A stretch of DNA of 64,000 nucleotides from Mobula hypostoma (GCF_963921235.1 NC_086108.1:73100001-73164000); one strand, 5' to 3'; positions 25,570 to 39,462 are shown, counted from the stretch's first letter. Program-made: numbers and translations. The notes: generated by a model from the letters alone, not told the origin.

Positions 25570-25795
25570 CTCACAGTTGAATGAAAGAACATAAGAAGTG
25601 AATGACGGTGCATGGAAAGCACTGCCTGGGATGGCGGTGGAGGCAAATATGAAGGGGTAGTAAAGAGGGTCTTAGAAAGGCACATGAACATGCAGGAATG
25701 GAAGGATATGGAAATTATGTAGACAGAAAAGTTTGGTTTAGTTGGGTTTTTGTTTATTAATTTAACTAGTTCAGCACAATATTATGGGCCAAAGG
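25570..25795 (+). mobile_element. CR1 3' UTR fragment
   Basis: ggtgcatggaaagcactgcctgggatggcggtggaggcaaat..ggcacatgaacatgcaggaatggaaggatatgg resembles other CR1 3' ends in the window. Confidence 0.7.
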
Positions 25796-28700
25796 TATAA
25801 TTAACCATTGGGAAATACTTAAGGCCAACTACAGAGGTCAGCTGGCATTTACTCTATCCCATTTTCCTTTGTACTGCTCCCAGGGATCTTACTGCTACAG
25901 TATACTACAAGAAATGGAAGGCAAATTATTGCACCTCAATCCAACATCTATGTAACTGACGAATAATCTGCCACTCTCAAACGGTACATTGAATATTTTA
26001 TTTAAGTCACTGTCAGCAAATTGGTCCTTCCTGGTCCTCCTTTCTTGGGAGACTCAGGAGATACTGACAATCAGCTACATTAACATATGTGTCACAAATA
26101 AGTCAGATTCGATAAGTTTAGTAGATCAAGGCCATTAATGAACCAGTTGGGTTTTTACAAACATCTGTCAACTTCACAGTTACGTTTCCTGATTTGAAAA
26201 TTTTCATTTGAAAATTTTGAAAGTTTCAACTGGATTTTCAAAGTGTAGAAAGAGAACTCCAGTAAAATAACAGATGCACAACTTGATAAAGGGGGAAGGG
26301 AGGCAAAACACTATTAAACTAGCTTTACCTATCTTGTTTCACTGACCCCTATGAGCCTGTCACAGCATATCACTGCTGACAGCTGTGGAGAAGTTTTTAC
26401 TCAGATTGTCCTGCCATTTTGTCTGGAGGAGGATGATTGGTGCTTACTTTAACACCAGCTCTTGCAGAACACAATGTACATTTATATCTCACTTCAAGGT
26501 TGGACTCTCGTTTCGTTTGACAGCAACTGCAGATTAGTATTAGGCATATGACTCCTACAGCACCAGCATGTTTATCCAAGGTTCTGTCAAGACTGACGAA
26601 ATTACCAGTTTTTATTGAAATTTATTGTATCAAAGATTATAGATTTATACAGTGAATTATGCAGCCATATCAACATGTAATTCGATCATGGCACAATTAT
26701 TTTCAATTTCAACATCATATGTTTCTGATGAGAACATACCAATTAGAGTACTTATTTATTAAATATTGTTTATTCTAATATATTTTACAAGACCAACAAA
26801 GAGTATTGGCACTGTTATCTTATCATTTATTAAAATATGATTAAAATATCTTGCATTTGGCATAATACTACTATGATGTCATGAACTTTTGACTCAATCT
26901 GCAAACATTTCTACAGATTAATATTTGGTACATTTGGTTGAGTCCAACACAACTGAATCAAACAATTAGTTTAAGAATTAACTCAAAGCATGCTATGAAA
27001 ATATACCTTCCTCGTTCTTGGGTTGGAACCACGTTTTTTGAAATAAGTCTGTTAGCCCTGTTCATTGATAACAATTTTCTCCTAGTATTGATTGTAATTG
27101 CATAGTAATTTTTCTGTTTCCAAACTATTCATAAGTAAATACACAGCCTTTGTGAATAACAGTTTAAAAAGAACAGAAAATTGGGAAGAATACACTCATG
27201 AATAATATTAACAAACTAAAATCACAGATTGTACAGCTTATTGCATTTTCTCAATAAAATGCTTTCTGGATAACTATGCTGTTTGTGTGTGATATGGCAT
27301 CATTAGTGCAGTGCAGCTAATTGTCACATTATTTTGCAGCTGCAGGTGTAAGCACCCAAAGTTCTACACCAAAATTAAGCTCAGGCAATTAACTATTATT
27401 AACCACTAATAGCCATGAAGCATCACTGAACATACATTAACCTTTTAACGTTTGGTCTGATTAGCCCTAAAAATTTGAGCCCACTGATTATTTTTCTACC
27501 ATTACATCAATGAGAATATTTCAGAGGAGCTATGAATAAGGCCAGATCTGATGCTCAGGAGATGGCATGGTAGTTTTCTGGAATTGCCTGGGTCTCTGCT
27601 TCAGCTTACTCAGCCAACATTGTGACACCCAGTACATGAAGAACACAGAACGCTCCAAGAACAGAGTGTGTAAAGGCACTGGACCAAGGCTGCAATGATC
27701 CTGCAGATCAAGGCTGGGGCAACGATAGCGAAAAAAAAACTGATTTATACTTTTCCTATCACATCAAACAAATTAGTTTTGGTCAGCTGTCAATATTGGT
27801 ACCCAAGAAAATGCAGAAACACTCCTGATATGTTCATATATTAATGAAATCAGTGGGCAGTTCATCCATTTTTTGTGGTGTTATAAGAGAGAAAAAGTAT
27901 CAGCCATACCATAAGAAGGCCCTTTTGAAGCCCTGGAATCTACAGTAACAAGCTAACCATCCATTAACAGGGAGTAGTACTCAGCACAGGGCTGGAGTGA
28001 TAAATTGGATTAAATGAACCACACTATGAAGCAGGTTTTCGGCCAATCATTTTCAGACTTTGGCTGAAAGTGTTACATGTTGAGCCATGCTGGCATTTGT
28101 GCTGCCAATGTAATCAATGCCCAGGATTCAAGAAAATAAATCAGTCAATGACATGTGCGGACATTAGCAGGCTACACTGTAGTAGCCCTCTGTTCAAATA
28201 CGCTTTAGGCACTTGCTAATTATAGCTTGCATTCAAAACATGGCAGACTTAAAGATAATGAATCTTGGCAGAGACTGAACTTTTTCAGCTATAAAGAAAA
28301 TAAAGAGGTGGGTGAAATGACTGTCTGCGCCAGCACTGTTTATTAAGCAATTAAGAATTATACAATAAAGTAGGTGGTATTGTAGTTTTACACGCTTATA
28401 AGTTTCTAATACTGTTGATGTTTGTAGAATCAACATTACCCAATGCAGACATTACAGAGACAGGCTGAAAAGACAAGGGTATGGTATCATTTGGAAACAT
28501 GTGATTATCAAACAAGATTATAAAGGTCTGCAGTAATTTTGACTCCAAAATGCCAGTCTTAAGAGGCTTATTAGTCACTCGAAGTGGGCTTTGTCTGCTC
28601 CATAGAATGTAAATATTCAGAAGTAGAACACAGTTATGTTATCAAAGCAACTGTAAAGACCATCATTATAGTTTCTCTTCATCTGGAATGTTAAAACATC

Positions 28701-29629
28701 TAATGGCACATACAAATATTGAATGGCATATTTAACTATCAATTAAGTGTGGTTTCTGGATATTTAAAAGCTGTTTTAGCGTTCTCTAGGTTTTACCTAC
28801 TTACTATTTGAATTTGTTGCTTCAGTTCACAACATTTCTCAATGACCAGTTTTGGAATTTCCTTGCTCATTACATTAAAAAAATGGACAGATACATGGAT
28901 AGGAGAGGTTTGTAAGGATATCAGCCATGCTCAGGAAAATGTGATTAGCTCTTCTAGGCACCTTGATCAACATTGATAAAGGGTCTGCTTCCTCGCTGTG
29001 TAACTTTGTGGTCAATCATAGTCTCAACATTATCCCCTTTCCTCCTCAGTCTGAATTTACTCTCAATATTTTATTTCTATAGTTTCAAAAAATATTTCTA
29101 ATAGAGTTCCCGGAGGTGGAATCAACTAAATATTTGAAAACCTGCAAGTAGATTACATCCACATGGAGTCTTCAGTTGTTTGAAAGGGTTGGAATAAGAG
29201 AAGAGAAATATTTATTTTTCTTGGACATTTAGGGTTCTGTTCTGAGCATCCCAGAGAGTTAATCCTTGATGATCAATCTATTTTATGAATTTGGGCCAAA
29301 AGGTTTTCCACTGTGAACAAGAAATCTTCATAGTTCCTTTAGAACTGTCATGAACACCATGGACAGGTCTGTCCAGCTTATGATGTTTTCCATATTTGCT
29401 GGACCACAAGACTTTCATGTGCCTGGCCCAGCCACACATGCAAGGTACTCTTCCTTGTTTGGTAAATGCCTTGAACTGGATTGGTTCGAAAAGTATGTTT
29501 GAGTGGTCTCACCTGGAGCCAGATCTGGTACTGAAACTATCTGATACAACAAAGGAAAACACCACAAGTTGTAAAATTGCACAGCCAAAAAGAAGAAAAA
29601 TCAACCACCAACTTTTTCAGAAAACTTTT

Positions 29630-30932
29630 TAAGGCTGTATCTCACTTACTGTATTTTGAGCAGTTTTGGGCCCCACATCTAAGAAAGGATGTATTGGCAT
29701 CGGAGAGTGTACAGAGTAGGTTCACAAGAATAATCCCAGGAATGAAAGGGTAAATGTATGAGGAGCATTTGATGGCTATACACTTATGCTCACTGAAGCT
29801 TAGAGAATGTGAGGGTATCTTATTGAAACCTATCGGATATTGAAAGCCTGGAATAGAGTGGATGTGGAAAGGATGTTTCCTATAGTGGGGGAGTCTAAGA
29901 CTAGAAACCACAGCCTCAGAATATAAGGAGATCACTTTAGAACAGAGATGAGGAGGAATTTCTTTAGCCAGGGGTGCTGAATCTGTGGAATTCATTGCCA
30001 TAGATGGCAGTGGAAGCTAAGACATTAGGTAAGTGGTGTGCATTTCTGAGAAAAATGAGGAAAATGCAGGACATGTGTATTCCAAAAATGAAGAAATACT
30101 CAAATAGTAAAATAGTACAACTGTGGCTGACATGGGAAGTCAGAGCTATTGTAAAAGCAAACAAAAGGGCATACAACAAAGCAAAAATTAATGGGAGACA
30201 GAGGTCTAGGAAGTTTTTAAAAACCTACAGAGAGTAAATTTTTAAAAAATCATTAGAAGGGAAAAGATGAAATACGAAAGCAAGGTAGCAAATAATATCA
30301 AGGTGGATAGTAAAAGTTTTTTTCAAGTATGTTAAAAATAGAAGAGAATTGGGAGTGGATATAGGACCGCTAGAAAATGAGGCAAGAGAAGTAATAATGG
30401 GGGACAAGGAGATGGCTGATGAACTAAATGAGTATTTTGCATCACCCTTCACTGTGGAAGACACTAGCAGTATGCCTGATGTTGTAGTGTGTGAAGGAAG
30501 AGAAGTGGGTATAGTTACTATTACAAGAGAGAAGCTGCTCAAAAAGCAGAAAGAATTAAAGGGACCCTTTACTCTTTAAGTCACCCAGACCAGATGAACT
30601 GCACCCTAAGGTTCTGAAAGAGGTAACGTTAGAGATTGTGGCAGCATTAGCAATAATCTTTCAAAATTCATTGGACTCTGGCATGGTGCCAGAGGATTGG
30701 AAAATTATAAATGTTACTTCACTCTTTAAGAAAGGAGGAAGGCAGCAGAAATAAAATTATAGATCAGTTAGTCTGACCTCAGTGGTTAGGAAGACGTTAG
30801 AGTCAAATGTTACAGGGAGAAAGCGGGAGAATGGGCTGAGAGAGATAATAAATCAGCCATGATGGAATGAAGGAGTAAATTCTGTGAGCTTAATGGCCTA
30901 ACTGCTCCTATGTCTTATGGTCTCATGGTCTG
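29630..30932 (+). mobile_element. Composite CR1: a 3' fragment with an upstream ORF2 segment (~30030-30805) embedded in it
   Basis: 29630-30030 is C-terminal ORF2; 30030-30805 is paralogous to 700-1450 (GVDIGPLENEAREVIMGDKEMADELNEYFAS); 30806-30932 is 3' UTR with tatgtcttatggtctcatggtct tail. Confidence 0.88.
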
Positions 30933-32371
30933 ATGGATGTAAAATGTCTTGGATGTTGCAAGATGTGTAGGATTTTACCAATTATCTGTCAATTTATCTA
31001 TTGGACTTGCATAGATTCTGCTTCAGAATTAGAATTATTCCAACCACATTATGAAGACAGTAACCATAAAGAAGCAGAATTGCTCCCTTTGGTCCATCGA
31101 GTCAACTCCACCATTCCTTCATGGCTGAACCCTTTCAATCTTATTCTTCTGCCTTCTCCCTGCAACCTTTCACCACCATACTAATCAAGAGCCTATCAAC
31201 CTCTGTTTTAAATAATATGTATGCGCAACCCATTCACAACACTGAAAACAGAATGGGACTTGCACTGAGCATCTGGGGTAAGTGAAGATTTTTCACCATC
31301 CAAACTGTACAACACTACCACAATCAATCAAGATCCACTGCAAGATCTTAGGAAATGTGTCTCACTTTCTATGTCTTGGGAGTCCTATTTGCAGAAGCAT
31401 TTCCCATGATTTTCAATGTGCCTGCACACTCTCTAACTGAGTGAGGAAAAGAAGGTTTGAAGATTAAGGCATCAATATGAGTATAAACTCATTGTGTAAC
31501 AGCGATCCCCACCCTTTTATACGTTTTGGAGTCATAAGCAATTTACAGTTATTGACTCAAAATCTGATAAAGTTTTTGAATTGCATCTCAGCAAAGCCCT
31601 TGAAATCTGCATGCTTGACACTGGGCTGTTGAACTGAGCATTCCGCGCTAAGTTCTTTAGATTTCAAGTTATCAGAAAAAATTCTTCCACAAATGGCATC
31701 GAATGTCTCACACTACCCACTGAAAATCTTACAGAGGCAATGTATTATGAATCCCCATAGTACTCTCCAGTCAGCTCAGAGTCCACTGATTTGGAGTTGA
31801 ATTAAATTGTTCCTAACCCGGATGAAGTACCTCAGAAGAAAGGTGGGATAACAAGTTGTCATTAACGTCTGAGATGAATCTAGAGTTGATTTTTCATTTA
31901 GTTTCCCAAAGATCAGTCTACAGATTGAGAAAGGATATACGTTGAAATATCGTTCATGATTGCCATGCCAATAACAATGCTAATAACCACGTCAGAGGCC
32001 TGATTTAAGGTGATCAATACCGGTATTGAAGAAACAGAAATGTGATCAATGACTTTGCTCATGTCGAGCCCAAAATTAGACCAAAAATTCTTTTAATGTA
32101 CTACAGTACATTTTACTAACACAATAATAGAACATTGCTTCAGAAAATCAATCAAAATTATCCTTTCATTAAATGAAAAATCGAGATATCATATAATATT
32201 TCTTTGTAATCTAGAAAGCAATTGTGTCTGAAAGATTTGTGACATTTGTCTCATTCTGCTGGAATGTGCTTGACCAAAACTATCACCCATGCCCACACCC
32301 TCTCAAGCACCATACACCATTACACCATCTCCACCTGCTAACCTGCACCTACCCCCCAAACCCCCTGATAT

Positions 32372-32373
<2 letters not shown>

Positions 32374-32431
<58 letters not shown>
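32374..32431. repeat. Perfect (AC)n microsatellite
   Basis: Directly visible. Confidence 0.98.
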
Positions 32432-32433
<2 letters not shown>

Positions 32434-32519
32434 ATAGTTCCAATTGTCCTCAAGTCCTGGCTGTCACAATCATTCCTCAATGCAATGCAGGCCATGACCA
32501 TCAGCCAGACCCTCAGGAC

Positions 32520-34570
32520 AAGAATCAGAATCAGAATCCTTTATTATCGCCAAGTATGTGGACACATACAGGGAATTTGATGCCGGTTTCCCTGAGCTCT
32601 CGCTGTACAGAATCAAAAAGCAAACAAAACAATAGTGCAAATAATCGTGAACTATATACAATGAAGTATACCTGTGTATGTACAGGTGGACTTGGTTTAT
32701 AATAGACTAAAATTCAAGTGTTCATAAGACTGATGGCATAAGGAAAGAAACTGTCCTTGTACCTATTTGTCCTGGCATACAGTGATCTAAAGCACCTACC
32801 AGAAGGAAAGAGTTGAAACAGGTGATGTCCAGGGTGTGATGGGTCTACAATGATGCTGCTTGCTCGCTTCCTGACTCTAGATGCGTGTAAGTCCCAGATC
32901 GAGGGCAGCTTCACACCAATAATCCTTTCCACAGCCCTGATGGTTCTTTGGAGTCTATTCTTGTCTTGTTTGGTAGCTGAACCAAACCAGACAGCGATGG
33001 ACGAACAGAGAACAGACTGGATTATTCCTGAATAGAATTGAATCAGCAGCTCCTGAGGCAGGTTGTACTTCCTGAGTTGACGCAGGAAATACAACCTCTG
33101 CTGAGCCTTTTTGATAAGAGTGTCCGCGTTGGATGTCCATTTCAGGTCCTGGGAGATTGTGACACCCAGAAACCTGAAGGTCTCCACAGAAGACACAATA
33201 CTATTGAGTGTAGTGAGTGGGGGGAGTATTGGGGGCTCCTCCTGAAGCCCACTGTCATCTCCACAGTCTTGAGCGTATTTAGCTCCAGATTGTTCTGACG
33301 ACACCAGAGGGCCAGCCGTTCCACCACCCGTCTGTATGCAGACTCATCACCGTCTCGGATAAGGCCAATGACAGTTGTGTTGTCTGCAAACTTCAGGAGT
33401 TTAACAGATGGATCCTGTGAGGTGCAGTCATTAGTGTAAAGGGAGAAGAGCAGTGGGGAGAGCACGCATCCCTGGGGGGCACCAGTACTGATTGTCCGGG
33501 TGCTAGAAATGATGCTCCCCAGCCTCACTTGCTGCACCCTGTCAGTCAGGAAGCTTGTGATCCACTGACAGATGGCGGGGGAGACAGTGAGCTGGGTGAG
33601 TTTGGAGTGGAGGATTTCTGGGACGATGGTGTTGAACGCCGAGCTGAAGTCAATAAACAGGACCCTCGCAGAAGTTCCTGGGTTGTCGAGGTGTTGTAGT
33701 ATGTAATGCAGTCCCATGTTGACTGCATCATCCACTGACCTATTTGTCCGATAAGCAAACTGCATGGGGTCCAGCAGGGGGCCTGCGATGTCCTTCAGGT
33801 GAGCCAACACTAGTCTCTCAAAGGACTTCATGACCACACATGTCAAGGCAACAGGCCTGTAGTCATTTAGTCCCTTGATAGTGGGTTTCTTAGGGACTTG
33901 AATGATAATGGAGCGCTTGAAGCAATGAGGGACTTCACACAGCTGCAGTGATCTATTGAAGATCCGTGTGTAGATGGGGGCCAGCTGATCAGTGCAGATC
34001 TTCAGGCAGGAGGGCGACACACCGTCTAGGCCTGGCGCTTTCCTGGTCTTCTGCCTCCGGAACAGCTGACTCACCTCCCTCTTGCAGATCCTGAGTGCAG
34101 GTACAAGAGGGTTGAAGTGAAAGGGGGTAGGGGGAGTAGTTTTTGTAATGTGGGGTGAGAAAGCGGATACTGAGATGTCGGGGTGATGGATGATGGGGGT
34201 TGCAGGTAGGTCTGTGTTTTGGCTGGGGGGTATGAAGGTGTCGAATCTACAATAAAACTTGTTCAGATCGTCAGCCAGTTGATGGTTCTCAATAGCCTGG
34301 GGGAATGGTTTCTTGTAGTTGGTGATCTCTTGGAGCCCCTTCCACACTGACACTGGGTTGTTGTTTGAAAACCTGTTTTGCAGTTTTCCAATGTAGCGCT
34401 TCTTCGCTGCCTTAATCTCCCTGGCTCGATCGTACAGAATCCTGTCCCCTCTTCTGTACGCCTCCTCCTTCTCCCGACGAAGCTGCCTGAGTTGTGATGT
34501 GAACCAGGGCTTGCTATTGTTGAATGTGCAGAAGGTTTTTGTTGGAATGCACATGTCTTCACAAAAACTG
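32520..34570 (-). mobile_element. Young 5'-truncated Rex1/Babar LINE with (TTCTGA)n tail
   Basis: Tail agaatcagaatcagaatc at 32521-32538; long RT ORF; GC-richer than its flanks. Confidence 0.93.
32714..34570 (-). pseudogene. Reverse transcriptase ORF of the Rex1/Babar element (one frameshift near 33235; catalytic FADD reads FADN)
   Basis: ORFs 33142-34593 and 32714-33304: [74 protein letters not shown]. Confidence 0.92.
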
Positions 34571-35264
34571 AACAAGGCCTTAATAATATCCACTGTGCTA
34601 GCAGCTGTTATAATGCCTTTTAGTTGCTTTAAAACACTAATATTACAACAATTATGAAATAATATAGGTTAAGTAATACAAATTATAGCTAAAAATTTTC
34701 TGAAGACAGCTTCTTGGTAACTGGAAGTTGCAGATTGAGTGGATAATCAAGGGTCACCACTGAGTTTTAAGTGTTCCACAGAAAGTGAGCTCATCATGTG
34801 AGCATAGAAGATCTTTGATAATATCTGGTGAATTTCATCTTTATTTTTAAGTGGAACTACACAGGAAGAAGAAGTTGTATATTTCAAGAACTAGAGAACA
34901 GATGCCAAAGTGGCAAGTACTGTACCAGAAGGATGCCACCCAATACACTTCAACAAATTCATTGCAAGAAAATAATATATGGTGCTAGAATAGAGATGGC
35001 AGACATTGCAAGGAATATCAGATCTGACAGTAGAACTGTACATGTTTTAAGCATTGACATTTTTTGAAGGTTTATACATTGACTGCAGCATCTTTTTTGA
35101 ACTGTTTTGATAAAGTGTCCATAACGCAAGATCAGAACTCAAGAATCAGATTTAGATTTATCATCATTGGCATGTGTCGTGACATTTGTTACAGATGTTG
35201 CTTAACTCTTTGCATTTGTTGTGCTATAGGTTGCTTGTCCGGCTGTCTCCTTATCACTGGCATC

Positions 35265-35760
35265 TTTCCAGGGGCTCATTTGTCCATGGAAATTTTGGGA
35301 TTGAAATCATTTAAGAGGAGCAGTTTGTCATGCGTCATGGATTGTTCAAGAATGTAGCAGAATTCCTTTTCAGCCTTGCCCACTGCTTCCAATGTAGCAA
35401 AGTATGTACTGATGTCTTTGGCATGCCGATTTTGCAATAAAGTGAGCCAGAGGATCATGAGACATCTATTTATTCTTCCAGGGAGTCATTGAGATGCAAA
35501 ACTAGATCATTCTTTGTGGCAAGACAATTCAAAACCAGCAATGTTCCTCTTTCATCTTGACCTTCCAGCAAAGTGTATCCACCCACCATTTTTGTTGAAC
35601 TGGCCTTCTCCCGCCTACAACTGTCACTCAGAGCAACAATGAGGATTGATGTTCAGTCCTGCCACTGTTGGGTGTTGTCTACAATCCTGCTCTTCATTCT
35701 GAAGAGCAAGATGCCCATGAATGGCTTCTTTTTATGTAAAGTGGTGTTGGATTGGGCTGT
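35265..35760 (-). mobile_element. RTE-clade LINE, decayed AP-endonuclease region
   Basis: LTLLQNRHAKDISTYFATLEAVGKAEKEFCYILEQ..DKLLLLNDFNPKI resembles the RTE endonuclease motif IISAYAPTL..DKLILLGDFNARVG. Confidence 0.75.
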
Positions 35761-36071
35761 AAAACTGTTATTTTTCTTGTAGTGTAGCTTTCTTATCCTT
35801 GTTTGTATTTTTATATAATCACCTATATACATGTAATTGTTCAGAGATTTTCAGTGGTTACAGTTGCCTCTGCATTTTCCTGGAAACATTGGTTTCATTC
35901 CGTGTTACATTGCTTGATTCTGACTATTTCACTTGTTAATATTATCAATGGAATTTACTGTTATCACTGGTCTGCTATAAAAAGACCACACACTCTTTGT
36001 TCGTCCTCTCTTTCTTTGTTCTCTGGACATGCTTCTTCCTTGCCATTCTTTTGTCTTGTAACACTTAATAA

Positions 36072-36625
36072 AATAAGACCATAAGACCATAAGATATAGG
36101 AGCAGAAGTAGGCCATTTGGCCCATCAAGTCTGATCTGCCATTCAATCATCAGCTGATCCAATTCTTCCAGTCATCCCCACTCCCCTGACTTCTCCCCAT
36201 ACCCTTTGATGCCCTGGCTAATCAAGAACCTTAAATGTGCCCAGTGACTTGGCCTCCACAGCTGCTCATAGCAACAAATTCTACAGACTTACCAACCTCT
36301 GAATAAAGTAATTTCTCCGCATCTCAGTTCTAAATGGATATCCTTCAATCCTGAAATTGAGCCCTCTTGTCCTAGACTCCCCGAACATGAGAAATAACTT
36401 TGCCTTATTAATCTGTTCAGCCTTTTAATATTCAGAATATTTCCATGAGAACACCCCTCTTTCTCTGGAATTCCAGGGAATACAGCCTAAGAGCTGCCAG
36501 TCATTCTTCATACAGTGACCCTTTCATTCCTGGAATCATTCTCATGAATCTTCTCTGAACCTTCTCCAATGTCAGTATATCCTCTCTAAAATAAGGAGCC
36601 CAAAACTGCACACAGTACTCCAAAA
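36072..36625 (-). mobile_element. CR1 3' fragment
   Basis: (ATAAGACC)n tail at 36073-36095; reverse complement of 2200-2775-type sequence. Confidence 0.9.
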
Positions 36626-36834
36626 TGATCATAAGCAACAATTTTTATGCCCCATTCTTAACTTCTGAAGAAACTTTGCATTGCAAAAGCATCTGGATCC
36701 AACAGTGGTTACAATATGTCAGCAAACACATGAATGGGACTGAACACAGCTTTGGTCCAATGGTAAGAAATCATTTCAATAAGCCAAAGCAGAATTTATC
36801 TTCGTCGTATTTAAACAAAACACACTATTTTGGA

Positions 36835-37940
36835 ACAAACTACAGTAAATTATTCCACAATGTTCCTCGTGGTAGGCTGATTGAAGCATTTGGTATCCAG
36901 GGTGAATTGGTAGATTGGATTCAAAATTATGATGGCCAAGGAAGAGTTCTTATGGTAGAAAGGTGTTTTTCTGACGAGAGATCTGTGTCAGGAAGTGTTC
37001 CCAGTGGGACTTCTGTGATATAAAAATGATTTGGACTAAAATGCATTTGGGCTTGATTAGTATGTGTGCAGATGACACAAAAATCAATGGGGAGTTGTGG
37101 ATAATGAGGAAGGTTATCAAATTATACAGCAGGATATTGTCCAGTTGGAAATAAGGACAGAGAATTAGCAGGAGTCTAATCTAGACAAGTATGAAGGGTT
37201 GCAACTTGGGAGGTCAAATGTAAGAGGGAGATAATGCAACAAACGAGGAGCATTGATGTACAGAGGGGCTTTTGGGTACAAATGCCTAGCTCACTGAAAG
37301 TTGCAACATGAGTAGTTAGGGTAGTAAAGAAGACCTGTAGCATACTAGGCTTCAATGGTTCAGGCATTCGATATAAAAATCAGGAAGTAATACTGAAGCA
37401 GTATAAAACTTTGATAAGTCCGCATTGGAGTACTTCTGGTCACCGTGTTACAGGGAATAGGTAGAGGCTATGGGGAGGGTGCAGAAGAGACTTGCCAGGA
37501 TATTGCTGTGAGCAGAGAGCACTAGCTGTAAATAGAGAAGGATATACAGATATTTGGATTGTTCTCTCTGGAGTGTCAGAGCTGACAGTGACCTGACAGA
37601 GCACATAAAATTAGGAAAGGCATAATTTGGGTAGATGGAGTCTTTTTGCCAGGGTGTAAGTGTCAAATACTAGAGGGCATAGATTTAAGGTGATAAGGTG
37701 AACGTGTAATGGAGATTTATGAGGCAGGTTTATTTTGTTACAGAGATTGGTAGGGGCCCAGCCAACGTTGCCAGTCAAAGTGCTGGAAGTGGATACAATA
37801 GCACCATTCAGGAGGCATCTAGGCAGGTAGGTGAACTGCCAGGGAACTGAGGGATGCAGTTTAAATTGGCATTGTTGTCAGCACAGACATCATGTGCCGA
37901 AGAGCTCTATGTGTGTGTTGCTCTCTGCTATGTTCTATGT
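36835..37940 (+). mobile_element. Old CR1 RT-to-3' fragment
   Basis: FHNVPRGRLIEAFGIQGELVDWIQNY..SVSGSVP; ADD motif at ~37068-37076; CR1 3' UTR. Confidence 0.85.
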
Positions 37941-39051
37941 AACAAAGCAGGATATAAAATGGTGAAGACTGTCTGCAACTTGTCAAGGTAGACAGCGTCA
38001 TCCAGAGCTCATGACACAAAATCAATCAGAAGTCGTCGCTCCAGAAGCAGTTGGACTTCCACACTGATGGTTACATTCTTCAAAAGACAATTATTTTTTG
38101 ATTTTGTGTTTGTAAATATTGGACTATGCATGAGAACAGGTATGGCGAGGCTATATTTGATCAACAATGTTCATTAGTGCCAGTGCAACAAATACTGAAT
38201 CAATTTTTACAACCACAATTTTAGCAGCTCATCTCTAAGCAATCCTTCCTGAAATTTCAAAATTTTACTGACCTTTTAACTGGTAGAATAAATCTAGTTA
38301 TTAAATTTGGAAAATGCGTGAGAAAAATGTGCAGTTTGGAATAAGGACATTGTATTGCTTCCTATCTCTTGCACAAACTGTACCAACATTATCAGTCCCA
38401 ATAGATGGAAAATCATCCCCTTTCAGACCAAACAAATAGCCGAGATACCATTAAACAATGTTGACTCATCTGCATGAACTTGGTACTCTACAGCTTACGG
38501 ATGTCGTTAGTTAGGCCACCTTTAAGTTTATTGTTCAATCCAGTTGGATTGTGCAAGTTAGTTCATTTCAGGGGGGCATGTTTAAACAATGATGATACAA
38601 ATAATTAAAATTTGGTACTCCATGTCAAGAAGCTGAATCAACAGTTACATTGAGATAACGACCCATGAAAAAGCATGTATAAATGTTACTCATTTAATAC
38701 AAAACTTATGCTTAGCAGTAAAAGTGAGTCAGAATAAGATGTATTCAAGAAATAATGTTATTTTTGGAAAATATTTCATCACAGCAACATGCTATTAGCA
38801 AGTTGCATGAAAATCATAAGCCTTTTGTACCACGCCAAATTACCACTTTAATGTATGAAGAACCATTTCTTAGTAAATGATTTCCATTTTCATTATTAAT
38901 ATAGGATACCTTATTGTACTCTCTATGCAAAAATAAAATCATACCCTGTATTAGTCAGTACAAAGTAGAATTTATGATTAGAAAGATTTGGGTGCAAACA
39001 CATTCTCATATATGGTTTTAAAGTAAATGATCAATGCCAACAGTATCATAA

Positions 39052-39462
39052 TAGATAGAGAGATACTCTATTGATCCCAAAGGAAATTACAGTGTCACAG
39101 TAGCATTACGAGTGCACAGATATACAAATATTAGAAGGGATATAAGAAGAATAAAAATTAAGTTACCTTAAAAATAAGATGTACAAGATTTCCATATCAA
39201 AGATTACATGATTTACAAATTCACACTGATCAGATGGTAGTGCAAGAATTACCATAATGTGGTAACAGTGTGCATTCACACTGTCCAGATAAGAAGTGAT
39301 GGTAGTATTCTACACAATTGCACAGGGTGCAATTCAGAAACAGAGCTAAACGGAACTTAAACAGAGAGATTAATAACAGTCTAACAGGAGGGGGTCATCA
39401 CTTCCTTGGCTATAGGTTGACTCATAAAGCCTAATGGCCGAGGGTAAGAATGACCTCATATA
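39052..39462 (-). mobile_element. Probable Rex1-like LINE 3' end with a (TAGA)n-like tail, apparently interrupted at ~39170-39375
   Basis: tagatagagagatactctattgatcccaaaggaaattacagtgtcacagtagc tail-type sequence recognised by pattern only. Confidence 0.5.

Noticed and set aside
29513..29540. Possible 28-nt minus-strand micro-exon with good acceptor and gtgag donor
   Set aside because: Not frame-preserving, no recognisable peptide, and no supported neighbouring exons
31400..32100. Unique stretch that looked coding-like
   Set aside because: No ORF of 60 aa or more in the track and no motif recognised on either strand
32289..32702. 137-aa ORF with an HT repeat
   Set aside because: Spans an (AC)n microsatellite and the Rex1 tail; no protein similarity
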